Assembly: GCF_041146345.1 (NCBI RefSeq)
Contig: NW_027191406.1
Location: forward strand, 1,426,001-1,490,000
Direction of reading: 5' to 3'
Length of the DNA stretch: 64,000 bases
Source: Neodothiora populina
Taxonomy: Eukaryota
Made by a program: the position numbers and the translations under genes. The notes beneath the pieces were generated by a model. It made no database searches. It was not told the origin of the DNA and worked only from the letters and a program-made list of their open reading frames with translations. This document shows, in pieces, positions 10,004 to 22,124 of this stretch (position 1 is the first letter of the stretch; every line of letters starts with the position of its first letter).

Positions 10004-13000
10004 ATGGGTGTTCCAGCCCTTTTCCGCTGGCTTTCGCAAAAGTACCCCAAAATCATCTCTCCCGTGATTGAGGAACATGCTCAAGATGTCGATGGTGAAA
10101 AGATTCCCATCGATGCTCGTAAGGCCAACCCAAATGGCGAAGAGTTTGACAATCTGTATTTGGACATGAATGGTATCGTTCATCCTTGCTCCCATCCAGA
10201 AGATCGTCCTCCTCCTGCCAACGAGGAGGAGATGATGGTTGCTGTATTTGAGTATACCGAAAGAGTAGTCAACATGGTCCGCCCCAGGAAATTGTTGATG
10301 ATTGCTGTTGGTATGTCGAGCCTGTGTGCTTTCCTGCGATGATCGCAGCGTCTTTGTTTCCTATGTCTTCGTCGTCGTTGCTGCTGTTCGGATTCTCCTC
10401 TTCGGAGAATCTGAATCCCCTCAATCCTCCCAGTCCATCAACTCAAGGCATTGCTAACAGATCAGATGGTGTCGCACCTCGTGCCAAAATGAACCAGCAA
10501 CGATCGCGCCGCTTTAGATCCGCCCAAGAGGCTGCCCAGAAAGATGCAGACAAGGCCGAACTCTACAAAATGTTGAAGGCGCAAGGTCAAGAGCCCGAAG
10601 AGGGCGATGGCCCCAAGAAGACTTGGGACAGCAACGCCATCACCCCTGGAACCCCGTTCATGGATATCCTCGCTGCCAGTCTGCGCTACTGGATCGCATA
10701 CAAGCTCAACACCGATCCAGCCTGGGAGAAGCTCAAGATCATCATCTCCGATGCCACCGTACCCGGAGAGGGCGAACACAAGATCATGCAATTCGTCAGA
10801 TCCCAGCGCAACTCGCCCAGCCACGACCCCAACACTCGCCACGTCATCTATGGTCTCGATGCCGATTTGATCATGTTGGGTCTCGCCACCCATGAACCCC
10901 ATTTCCGCGTCTTACGTGAGGATGTCTTCGCCAACGACACGAAACCTGGCATGTGCCGTCTATGTAATCAGCCTGGACATATCGCTGCCGAGTGTCGTGG
11001 AGCTCCTGCCAAGAAGGACGAGGACAAGCAAGGTGTGGCGCCGTTGAAGCCCTTCATTTGGCTCCACGTTGGCGTGCTGAGAGAATACCTGGCGGTAGAG
11101 ATGAGTGTTCCCAATCAGCCCTTCAAATTCGACTTGGAAAGAGCTCTGGATGACTGGGTCTTCATGTGTTTCTTCGTCGGAAACGATTTCTTGCCGCATC
11201 TACCTTCACTGGACATCCGTGAGCAAGGCATCGACACCCTCATCGCTATCTGGAGAGACAATATCCCTGTCATGGGCGGTTATGTCACAAAGGACGGACA
11301 TGTCGACCTTGCAAGGGCACAGCTGATCCTGTCTGGACTTGCGAAACAAGAGGATGCCATTTTCAAGCGAAGAAAGGAAGTCGAAGATCGTAAAGAGGCT
11401 GCCGCGGCCAAGAGACGGCGACTCAACGACAAGAGAAACGAACGCCAGTCAGGTGGCAAGGACTCGTTCCAGGGTGGAGCTGCCTCAGATCCGGCAATTC
11501 GCTTCCCAGGCAGTAAGAAGCGCGGTGAAGCAATTCCCGACATCAATGCGCTCCCGACCTTTGCGCCTGGCGCTGCTCAAACCGCTGCCGATCCGCGGTA
11601 CATGACACACGATATGGTTGTGAACAAGGCCAACGTCGCTAACAAGAGTGCCGCTGCTGTGCTCAAGGAGAAGCTGTTGGCACAGAAGAATGCTACGGCA
11701 AAAGAATCTCAGAAGAATGCTGTCGAGGAGCTCATGAGCAGTGTTGCAGCACCCGCAGAAGCAGAGACAGAATCGTCCCCATCAGTGTTAGGCAAGCGCA
11801 AGGCTGACGCAGTCGAGGACACCACCGAGACCGCAGAGAGTGGTACCCCGGGGAGGAATTCGCCCGACCCAAAAGCCAACGGACCCCCCAAGGCTGATCC
11901 CAATGAGATGCCTGCAGACAGCGTCCGTCTCTGGGAGGACGGTTATGCTGACAGATACTACGAGCAAAAGTTCAAGGTCGACAAGGACAACATCGATTTC
12001 CGCCACCAGGTCGGCAGAGATTATGTTGAAGGTCTTGCGTGGGTCTTGCTTTACTATTTCCAGGGCTGCCCTAGTTGGACATGGTACTACCCTCACCATT
12101 ATGCCCCGTTTGCCGCGGATTTCGTCAATCTCCAAGATATGACCATTAATTTCTCGAAGGGAAAGCCTTTCAGGCCGTACGAGCAGCTCATGGGTGTCAT
12201 GCCCGCTGCCAGTAACCACACTATCCCCCCCGCTTTCCATCCGCTCATGACGGATGATGACAGCGACATCAAGCATTTCTACCCAGAGGACTTTGAGGTC
12301 GACCTGAATGGCAAGAAGTTTGCATGGCAGGGCGTTGCTCTTCTTCCCTTTATTGATGAGAAGAAGTTGCTCGCGGCAATGGCAACGAAGTACCCTCTTC
12401 TGACAGCCGACGAGAAGTCACGAAACGAGTTTGGTAAAGAAGCTCTGCTGTTCTCTGCCAAGCATCCGCTTTACGACGAGGTGGTCATGAGTTTCTACTC
12501 GAAAAAGGCAGGCTCGGACAAGCTCACGCTCAATGCCCGTGTTTCCGAGGGTCTCAACGGCAAAGTCGAGAAGAACGATAACTACCTTCCCTCCTCGGCA
12601 CTTACCTTTCCCCTCGAAGGTGCCACGCCGTTCGAGGAAATCGACGATGACCAATCCATTGCGGTCCATTACATCATGCCGACCAGCAACCATATCCACA
12701 AGAGTATGCTATTGCCTGGACTAATACCCCCACGTCCTGTTCTCGACTATGGCGATATCGAAGGTACCCGCGCTAGATCACAGAAGAGTGGACGAGGCTA
12801 CCAAGGCGTTCAGTTCGATAGTAATCGAGGTGGCAGAGGTGGAGGAAGAGGCGGTTTCAACTATGGCAATGACAGAAATGGTGGTGGTTACAATGACCGC
12901 AATGGTCATGGAGGTAACAGATACGGTAATGACAGATATGGCGGACAGAACGGATATGACAGACGAGGACCACCACCTCCTCCCGGTCAATACGGCGGCG

Positions 13001-13266
13001 CTCCGCCCCCATTTAACCTACCACCTCACCTCGCTGCACAAGCGGCCCAACATGGCTTTGCTCCCGGTCCAGGCACTGGTCTTCCTCCACCACCACCAGT
13101 ACCAGGCTGGATGCCTGGGATGCCCCCAGGTCCCCCGCCTCCTGGTCCTCCTAATGGAGGTCACAACGGAGGTTATGGCAACGGTGGCTACGACCGAGGG
13201 TATGGAGGAAGAGACAATTACAACTCCAACGGTAGAGGAAACGGTGGTGGCTACAGGCGATACTAG
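10004..13266 (+). CDS. RAT1: Nuclear 5'-3' exoribonuclease 2 (Rat1/Xrn2/Dhp1), 2 exons
   Basis: [24 protein letters not shown]; intron 10311-10465 (GTATGT..GCTAAC..CAG) restores [19 protein letters not shown]; also [20 protein letters not shown] knuckle [14 protein letters not shown] and an RGG/Pro-rich tail. Confidence 0.97.
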
Positions 13267-13678
13267 GTCTTAGTCATGTATGTATTGATATGAGATGGAT
13301 GCAGTGGTCTACGTAAATTCATATATTACTTGTTCAACACGCCTCGTGCTCGCTTCGTCATTTATCTACCCAACGAACGTCTCTGCGCTGCAGGCTTGTT
13401 GTAATGCCGAGATCGGATATAAGAATAGATCGCCCAGGAAGTAAAATTCGAACCCGAAGTTTAGCCATGTTATCTTTTGATCTGATTGATTCCGATCTCT
13501 ACCGCCTAGTGTTAGGTGAGTCTCTGGATCCCTTGGGCAGGTATCTGCAGTCCTATCTGGTAAATGCAAAGTACATCCGGGCATTCATAGATAGATCAGA
13601 AGTTTAGTTTTCTATTTTGTTGCCGGGATCGTGTTTGACGAGCACGTCAAGTTACCTGTATTCCACCGTGGCCTGAAG

Positions 13679-16448
13679 ATGCGGAGCGCGGCAGCTCGGA
13701 ACAAACCAAGACATCCTAGGACCGGAAATGATCCTGAGCAACAACACGAGCCTCAGACAACCCACCACGACACACTGCGATCATCACCTCACAGTGGTAA
13801 AGCATCAGATCGCTCGTCACCGGTAACTTCCTTGACTGGACATGTATCCTCTGAAGAAACACCATTATTAGATTCGAGATCAGAAAGTTCTTCTAGACTT
13901 GACTCTACTGGCGCATATGCCACACAATCCCGAGGCCAGTCAAGCGTCGCGAGCGACACCGATCAAACTCAGTGCAGACCTGGTATGCCTGGTAGGTCAA
14001 TGATCTTCAGTTATGGAGCACTTGTCCTTCTCAGCACATTGGCCACATTAGCTGCACCTTTCCTTACCCGTTTGTTATGGACCGGCCTAGCAGACGATCA
14101 ATACTGTGTACAGGCCATATACTTTGGCTATAATTCCTTGCCTTTTGCTGAGTCGAATGGTTCGTCATATTGGGAATCGGTGTGTCGGGGGCCCATGAAG
14201 GTAGCCTCCATGTATGCCGCTGCGAAGACTTATTGCGAGCCTGGAGACATGATGCCTGGCTTTGCTTCCATCCAGAAGGACTGCAAATCAGGTGGCGTTG
14301 ACTTGTTGGATCTTGGCCCAATCGCCTCTAATATGACCGACACTTACATCCAGAGTTTACGTGTCGTAGCATTTGATGAGATTGCGACAATCGGTAGCAT
14401 TACCGAGCCGGTGCTTATTGCTCCAGGGTACTTTAAGAGAGTGCATAGGACCATCACGACCTGGGCTTATGAAGTCAAGTCTCACCAAAGATATGGCGAT
14501 GCTTTGTACATCTTCTGGGCTGGAATTATCTTGATTGGCGTAGCTTCGAATGCCTGGTCGACTTTTGTGAATATTCAAGCAATCTCTTTCAAATCCAGGA
14601 TCGAGGACAACTCACTTGTAAAGAGCAGACGGAGAAAAGCTCTAGCTATCTTTCAGCGGCTGATCAATTGGTCACGAACTCACATCACCACTCCAGCTAC
14701 TTTCGGGACATATCATCAACGACTGTACTATTGGTGTACCATACCGGCCCGCTTCGACTTCATCGTCGTGACTTCCTTTTGGATTTTCAGCACTTTTCTC
14801 AGCTGTATTGATTACTGGCCTTTTGCAGAAAACTTTTTCTGGCCTGATATGCAATACCAGCTGGTGAGATACATTTCTGACAGGACTGGAGTTATGGCTT
14901 ATGCATCTCTAACGTTGATGTGGATATTTGCTGCACGCAACGACGGCTTTCTTTGGGCTACGGGCTGGTCCTACCGGACTTTTAGCATCTACCATCGTCA
15001 TGTGGCGAGAGTGGGAACAGTACTCGGCATTGTGCACTCTATTGGGTATTCATATCTCTACGTTGCTTACTCGGGCTGGTCTGGTTTCTGGGCAGAGATA
15101 AGTGAGGCGTGGTTGCTGTTAGGCTTAGTCGTAAGTGATTGTCCTGATTTCTAGCATACACTTCCTAACGTACTTCCAGGCAACCATCACGATGACTGCG
15201 TTATTGGTCTTCTCACATGCTTGGCTCCGAGTCAAATTCTACGAGTCTTTTCTCTTTTTACACATCACGCTCTCGATCGTGACTCTAATCGGTCTCTTCA
15301 CACACACTTCCAAGTTTGAGAACTACTCGCACTACTTATGGCCAGTGGTGTTTATATGGTGCGGCGACCGATTTCTGCGTCTTCTACGGGTCGTACATCA
15401 CAACTATCGCGCCAGGTTCGGTCGCGACATTGTTCGCAGCACACGTACAACGGCCACATACAGCAAAGACTCCGATGTCATCCGCCTCGAGGTTTGGCCA
15501 ACATCGTCTGGATTAGCGCCCGCTCCTGGTCACTTTTACTACTTGTATCAGCCAACTTCCTGGACTGGATTTGAGAATCATCCTTTCACTCTTGGCGCCT
15601 GGAGATCTGACGCCCTTGATTTTACTAAACAAGAAGTGGATGTGGACGAAGTGAATGAAGAAGAAGACGAAGAAGGAAGAGAATCGTGGGATGATGCTCC
15701 TAGACGCTCTTCGGTTGAAGGTACAGATGCCAGTGCGGAAGCAGAGCAATCGCTCCTGCAGCGTAATAACAGCGCAGCAGCATGCAAAGATGTATCACTG
15801 ATATTCTGGGTTCGACCCTACGACGGATGGACAAGGCGACTGCGAGATGAATGTCTCAGGTCAGCGGATGGATTCATACACCCAACACTACTGGTTGAAG
15901 GCCCGTACGGACACGAGACGCTCTTGGAGTCCTACGAAACCATATTACTGATCGCAGGCGGCACCGGCATTGCTTCAGCTGCGCCTCACATCCTACAATA
16001 CCTAAGACGACTGAACTATGACCACGAGAGCACTCGCACCACAGACCTACGACTCATCTGGACAGCGAGGCAGAAAGCCTTCGTGAAAGAGATGTGCCGC
16101 GCAGAATTAGCCCCCGCGCTGACACAACCCTCGTTCCATCCTTCCTTTTTCGCGACGCGGCGTGCTTCCGAGATGGAAGTCCGAGACACAAACGACGATG
16201 CTAACTCTCCCGAGAGCAAAGCATCACTCCAAGGCCTTCCGCCTATAGACGTCAAGTACGGACGACCCAACATTAAAGCTATAATCATGGACATCGCAGA
16301 GGAGAAACAGTGTTCGGAGCGGAGTAGAACGGCGGTACTGGTTTGTGGGCCGGCGGGCATGGCTGACGAAGCTCGCGCGGCTGTGCATGAGACGCTTAAA
16401 AGGGGGCATCAGCATATAGATTACTTTGAGGAAGCCTTTTGCTGGTAA
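13679..16448 (+). CDS. Ferric/cupric-chelate reductase (FRE family), 2 exons
   Basis: Heme His pairs YHRHVAR..IVHS and FLHI..LFTH, FAD motif HPFT, GPYG, IAGGTGI, VCGPAGM, C-terminal EEAFCW; intron 15131-15179 (GTAAGT..CCTAAC..CAG). Start uncertain (ATG 13679, 13985 or 14000). Confidence 0.9.
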
Positions 16449-17803
16449 ATATAGGCAGGGCCAATATACAACACCATGAAATGTTTCTTTGAATCATTTT
16501 AGAGCTGCGGAGAGTACTACCTTGGTTGAACGTCTTTTAGCATTACAAGTGAGCCCATATTGTTGACATGGCAGCCGCAACTGTCGAGTACACTTTGAAA
16601 TCATGCTCATGCTTCGCGAAACTGCATTGATACACCACAGCTGACATTCGGCATCGCAATCACGCGTGAGGGAAGAAACCCAAGCTGATCAGAGCTATAT
16701 CCATTGGCTCGGTCATTTCAGGCGGCTCATTACCTACGACCAAATTTGCGAGGCTTGAAGCTACGCTTTCACGTTTGCAAGGCACCTACTTTGTGGAGGA
16801 GTGAGAAGTACCTTTACAACAGTAGGACGCCCTTTGTTTCCAAGAAGGAAGGGACTATAGATCCAGACAGCCAGATTTCGCCACAAGGTGCGTAGGTAGT
16901 TCCATATCAATTTCCGGCCTATATCAAAACCTTCGCCCAAAGCACGTCATTGGGCAGATCTTGCCAGCTCACAAATATGGTCGGTGGTGTGCAGTTTTCC
17001 TTTCTTGATTAAGAACGCCTCAAATGACAGAGAGAATCTAGCGATCATGCGGAAACAAGAAGTGCAGCCACCTGAGATGATAGATCTTCCAGATCGTCGC
17101 TAGACAGCCAGCTCTATCTGAGCGCTCGACGGGCTCCTGTACATACGCGGTCGAGGCTACGGCAGGCAACGTTCGAGTATGTCTATTTTTCTGTTGTTAC
17201 GGCAGAGGCGAGGCGCAATGAGCGGATCCAACGGAGCACTTCGAAAAGCCACCATTTTTTTCTTTCCAATTATCGGTCTCACAGGAAACCCTTGCGTTTT
17301 CGCTACTTCTCACGAAAGTTCCATTGTCAGAATAAGAATGGAGATAATTCGGAGTCTGGACGTTGTTTCACTCTCTTCCCTCCACGACTTCCCGAGTAGC
17401 TGACGTCATCCAATTTATTTTCTCACCCCTTCGCATGGGGTAGATCTTGGTTATTGAGATATTTCTGCCGCGAACGTACGGGTTGCACTACTCGTTGTAC
17501 CACTAACCATGACTGGAGGTGTTGATAAGGTTGAGATATACGATGTAGGGGCGATGGTAAGTGCCGCCAGAAATAGTAAGCAAGATCGATAAAAAGTGAT
17601 GGTATGCGTCGGGGTAGATTCTGGCATATCTCGGTCTTGTTCCAATATTCTACGGGTACGTGTATTCTGGGGTTGTAGTGACATCACGGTTTTTGTGTGG
17701 ATCTAGTAATTGATAAGGTCTGGGTTTCTGCATATATACTCAAAGAACGAAGGTGTCTTTCCATCTTGATCAAAGAACATCGCTGTGCATATTTTCAATC
17801 ACA

Positions 17804-19060
17804 ATGAGCAAACCAACAGTAGCAATCATCGGGTCCGGCTGGGCTGGCTTCACCCTGTCCCAGAAGCTGTCGTTGACCAAGTACAATGTCCAAGTCATCT
17901 CACCGATCCGGACTATCCAGTACACGCCATTGTTAGCAAGTGCAGCATGCGGACTGTTCAACTTCAGACTCGCAGAAGAACCAGTGAGGAGAAGAAGCCG
18001 TACGGAAGTGCAATACCACAAAGCCATAGCAGAAAAAATCGACCTCGAGAAACGCATCATCTACTGCAAACCGAGTGTCGAAGATCTAAGCCGAACAGGC
18101 GACTTCGAAGTGACTTATGACAAGATCATCATCGCACCTGGATGCGACATCCAGACTTTCGGCACTCCGGGCGCCAAAGAATATGCTCTTTTCCTCAAGA
18201 CGACAAATGATGCTCGAATGATTCAGCAGCGTCTTCTTCAAATGCTAGACGCAGCATCTCTACCGGGACTCACAGAGCAACAGCAGCGCGACCTCCTCTC
18301 AATCCGGATCGTGGGAGGCGGCGCAATCGGCATAGAGGCGTGCGCAGAACTTCACGATCTCTGGCACGAAGACATGAGACATCTGTACCCGCACCTCGAC
18401 GGCAAGCTATCAATAACGATCCACGACGTAGCGCCGACAATCCTGTCTACTTTCGAGAGCTCCCTAGGCGACTACGCCCTGAAGTCGCTAGAGCAGAAGA
18501 AAGTCAACATCAAGACGAGTTCGCACATTGAGAAAGTCGAGGAATCAGCAATCTTCACCAAGGAGGACGGCCGTCTGCCCTACGGCATGTTACTCTGGGC
18601 GACCGGAAACAGCGTCAACCCATTGGTGGAGAGTCTCGACGTCAAGAAACCCGAAAAGGGCCTCCCTCGTATCTTGACGGATCGATACATGCAAATTCTA
18701 CGACCAGATGGCACCCCGATAGAGAACGCCTACGCCCTGGGTGATGCCGCAGACATCGAAGGCTACACGCTGCCCACACTCGCCGAAGTCGCGCTCCAAA
18801 AGGGTGAGTGGCTCAGCAACGAGCTCAACCAGCACGACAGGCCCTCGCAGCCCTTCGACTATAAATCCAAAGCCTTGATTGCTTATCTAGGTCAGCACGA
18901 TGGTATAGTCGGTGGACAAACGGAATGGACCGGTCAGAATGCTTGGTTGGCTTGGAGGTCTGGGTCGTTGGGCTGGACGAGGAGTTGGAGACGAAGGGCC
19001 ATGATTGCGATAAGTTGGTTGTTTGTCTGGATTGGTGGCAGGGACATTTCGAGGAAGTGA
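17804..19060 (+). CDS. Type II (alternative) NADH:quinone oxidoreductase-like flavoprotein
   Basis: IIGSGWAG Rossmann motif, YTPLLAS, TFGTPG, IVGGGAIGIE, YALGDAA, PTLAEVALQKG, AYLG and C-terminal WIGGRDISR. No obvious N-terminal presequence. Confidence 0.9.
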   Translation: MSKPTVAIIGSGWAGFTLSQKLSLTKYNVQVISPIRTIQYTPLLASAACGLFNFRLAEEPVRRRSRTEVQYHKAIAEKIDLEKRIIYCKPSVEDLSRTGDFEVTYDKIIIAPGCDIQTFGTPGAKEYALFLKTTNDARMIQQRLLQMLDAASLPGLTEQQQRDLLSIRIVGGGAIGIEACAELHDLWHEDMRHLYPHLDGKLSITIHDVAPTILSTFESSLGDYALKSLEQKKVNIKTSSHIEKVEESAIFTKEDGRLPYGMLLWATGNSVNPLVESLDVKKPEKGLPRILTDRYMQILRPDGTPIENAYALGDAADIEGYTLPTLAEVALQKGEWLSNELNQHDRPSQPFDYKSKALIAYLGQHDGIVGGQTEWTGQNAWLAWRSGSLGWTRSWRRRAMIAISWLFVWIGGRDISRK

Positions 19061-20395
19061 AGGAGTTGTTGGTGGCGAGTTTGTAGGCCTGCGCTGAGTT
19101 AAGAGATTACCTAGATGTTACTAGAGATATTGCGACAGTCATGCCACGAAAATAATGTTATTCTGACGATGCTGTCACTTTCTATCGCGAGCTTCATCAT
19201 TTTGTCCCTCTTCGTTGCAGTTAGTCTCACCATCGACGACTGTATCCCTGCAACTAACATACTGCTGTTTCCATCATCAACCTTCGTGCATCATACTTCG
19301 CAACTGTCAGCGTTACTCTAGTCACACCTCACATATCACATTAGCATCCCCTGTGTGTTGACATATCAACAGGAAATGGACAGGGTCGCCTCCTCGAAAT
19401 CGAGCGACCGATCATCGGACAGAGCCATTTTTAGAAACCGCCGTAAGGATGCTCACACACGGAAACAGCGACGGCATCGATTAGCGCGACTGGATCGAAT
19501 CGCTTGTTGATGTCATATGAACCGATAGATCGGGGCCACAAAGGAAAAAGGAATGCTAGGGCATGCTCATATGTCCGTCTTCGGTCGGGATTCCAGGTCT
19601 TGGAATGCGGGAGACTTCGGACGTTCGCAGACAGATAGTCTAACTTATATTCTCTTCGCGTACTAACGGTTGTAGACCAGACTATCATTATGATATAGAA
19701 TTTTACGTATGTGGTCCATTTTGTTACTGGAGAAGTAAATAAGTGATCGGACATGGCTGGGAACAGACGTGTATTGATCAAGTACACTTGGATATCCTGA
19801 TGCTGATACTGGTGGTGATAAGGATGAACCCTATGTTCTTCTATTTGGTGGAAGTATTTCAAGGAAACATTTTTGCAGGAAGTCTGCGAAGGAAGAGGAA
19901 TTGTTACATGGCCTGCTTTGTCGTCTATACCTGCGCACATCAGGTTGGATGGCAACCACCCAGTATAGAAGTGCGACTGCGCTTCGTACAGGCTAAGACA
20001 GAGGACAATGATAGTGGTCATGGCTTGGTCCTGTTGGCAATGGTCGACTTGGGGGTGGATCTGTTTCCGGCGTCTGTGAACTCCGTCCCAGACAGTCCAG
20101 TCGAGAAGAAAACTCGAGCTCTTTGTTCCGTGCCAGCTTAATAAGGCTGGTTTCGAAGCAGGCCACATTTGATTCAATCTCTTTCCTCTCCCTGTGTACG
20201 AATCGGATCAGGTCCTCTAGGCGGTCTTATAGCTTAGCAAAAATTTCGAATAGGAGAGTCAACTTCGACCTTGGGGTTCCCTCGGCAGATGAACTCTCGG
20301 CGTCGTCCACCAGTACAGCAACAACCAGACACATAGAAAGGTCCGGAGCACCATCGCCAGAAGTGTTTCCGGCGAGCGGACAGATTCCAGGCATC

Positions 20396-21417
20396 ATGGC
20401 CACCGGACAGCCTCAGCACTTAGTCCCAGCTTCGCCTGCGCCTACTTACCTTATACCACAAACACCAGCACCCGACACACCCCTGCCACCATATAAAAGG
20501 AGCAGCGTTCCTCCTTACAATGGCACGGGTGGGTCAAACGGCTCCAGTCCTCTTTCCAGCGTCCCTTCCGAGGATACATCTTACGATGAGGAAATGGACG
20601 ACATCGATGATACCGACTGCTTGCATGCCACTTTCTATGGTCCTCACGGCTTGTGTGATCCCAATCCGCCAAACTGTGCCGATGCTCATCCTAATGGAGG
20701 CGACCTTACACTACAGCTCGGACACCCATTCTCAGTGTGCAATCGTTGCCGAATCACCGAGATCTTGCAAGTGAATGGAATAGAGGCCGAGGCAAGACGA
20801 GTCACCGAAGGACTGGTATATCAAATGAGACCAAATGGATGGATCCTGATGAGAGGCGACCATGATATTCTCAGAGTCACCCAAGCGTTTCTGCGCACAC
20901 TGCGAGAACGATGAGATCTCCCATTTCCATAGGAAGGCACTGGACCAGAACTACCTGACCGCCAATGCCCCTCCAGCGAATGCTAGGAGCGTGTGCAACG
21001 AATGTGTGTGCTACAACAACGTCGTCTCCACCCATTATTTGCCTTGATTGTAGCACATACGCGATCAAAGACATCAAGGCCAAAGCAAGTCAGAACGCGG
21101 AGTGGTTACATCGGACTGGCCGTAGCAATGCCGGAAGACGTGTAGCGGCAAGCAACACTCTACGTGTTCGTAGGCAGCGGAACAACATCTACATTGCTTG
21201 CAGATGTGGGCGTGATGCTTCTGCACCAACTGCGCGGCCGAGGGCATCATTCTGCTTGTGCTGCGAGGGCGTGAATATACTTCATCCAGGGCCTGTTTCC
21301 AATCAAGTCTTGAGGATCGGCGAAACTCTGGATGACTTGAGGGTCAACTTCCCCTTAGGGACAAGCGGTGGACAGCGTAATCGAGGTCAAACCCACAATC
21401 CTAGTAATGGACCATGA
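20396..21417 (+). pseudogene. Cys-rich (putative Zn-binding) orphan split over three reading frames: pseudogene, assembly error or recoded gene
   Basis: Frame A (20396-20914) has CNRC, frame B (20862-21047) has CAHC and CNECVC, frame C (20965-21417) has CLDC, CRCG and CLCCEG. Two +1 shifts give one ~339 aa ORF. Confidence 0.6.
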
Positions 21418-22124
21418 TAGGCGAAGGACATTGGCTTCTATCATTCATTTTATATTCTTAAGGGAAGAACATCGCGGCTGTGTCAGTGTAGTCCACAGGC
21501 TTCATTTATATGATATAGACAAGGAGAAAGACGTGTTTTCGAGGAATCAAGGAGTTGCTAGGATATGAAGCTATTGTTGGGTACCGATGAGTTCTTTTTA
21601 AATGGATTGAAGGTGTAACTGAACAATGGTCATGGAAGGCTGAATGAAAGTCTCCATTCATCTTGATGCGCTGGTCACTTAAATGAATCGAAGATTGTTT
21701 GATGCACGATGCGAACCATCCGATGATCTCCTAAGTGTTATAAAGTGAGATGATCAAGTTTCTGACACGATGATCGCAGGTATTAGTCGATATACAGTAA
21801 GATAAACGTGCTCAGGAAGGGAAGTCTAGCGATCTGAGAACATGACGGTAGTCTTGGCATGCTAGTGCACGTGCGCTCGCGAATCGGGAAAGAGCGAATC
21901 GAAACCAAAACAACTCCATGTTTGAATCAACAAACGCGACAACATCGACGACATACAGTATTTCACGACCAACTCACACCACATTCTATACTTATCTTAC
22001 AGCTGAAATCCTTGGATAGACTGGACATGACCGCCTCTGTACTATAGATTTACCTCGAACGAGCGCTCTCGGCGCAAGCATTTGCTCTTCAAAATCCATC
22101 AACACAGCAAACAATCACCTCACA

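Noticed and set aside
19431..20177. 248-aa minus strand ORF
   Set aside because: Non-ATG start and random-looking composition; no coherent gene model.
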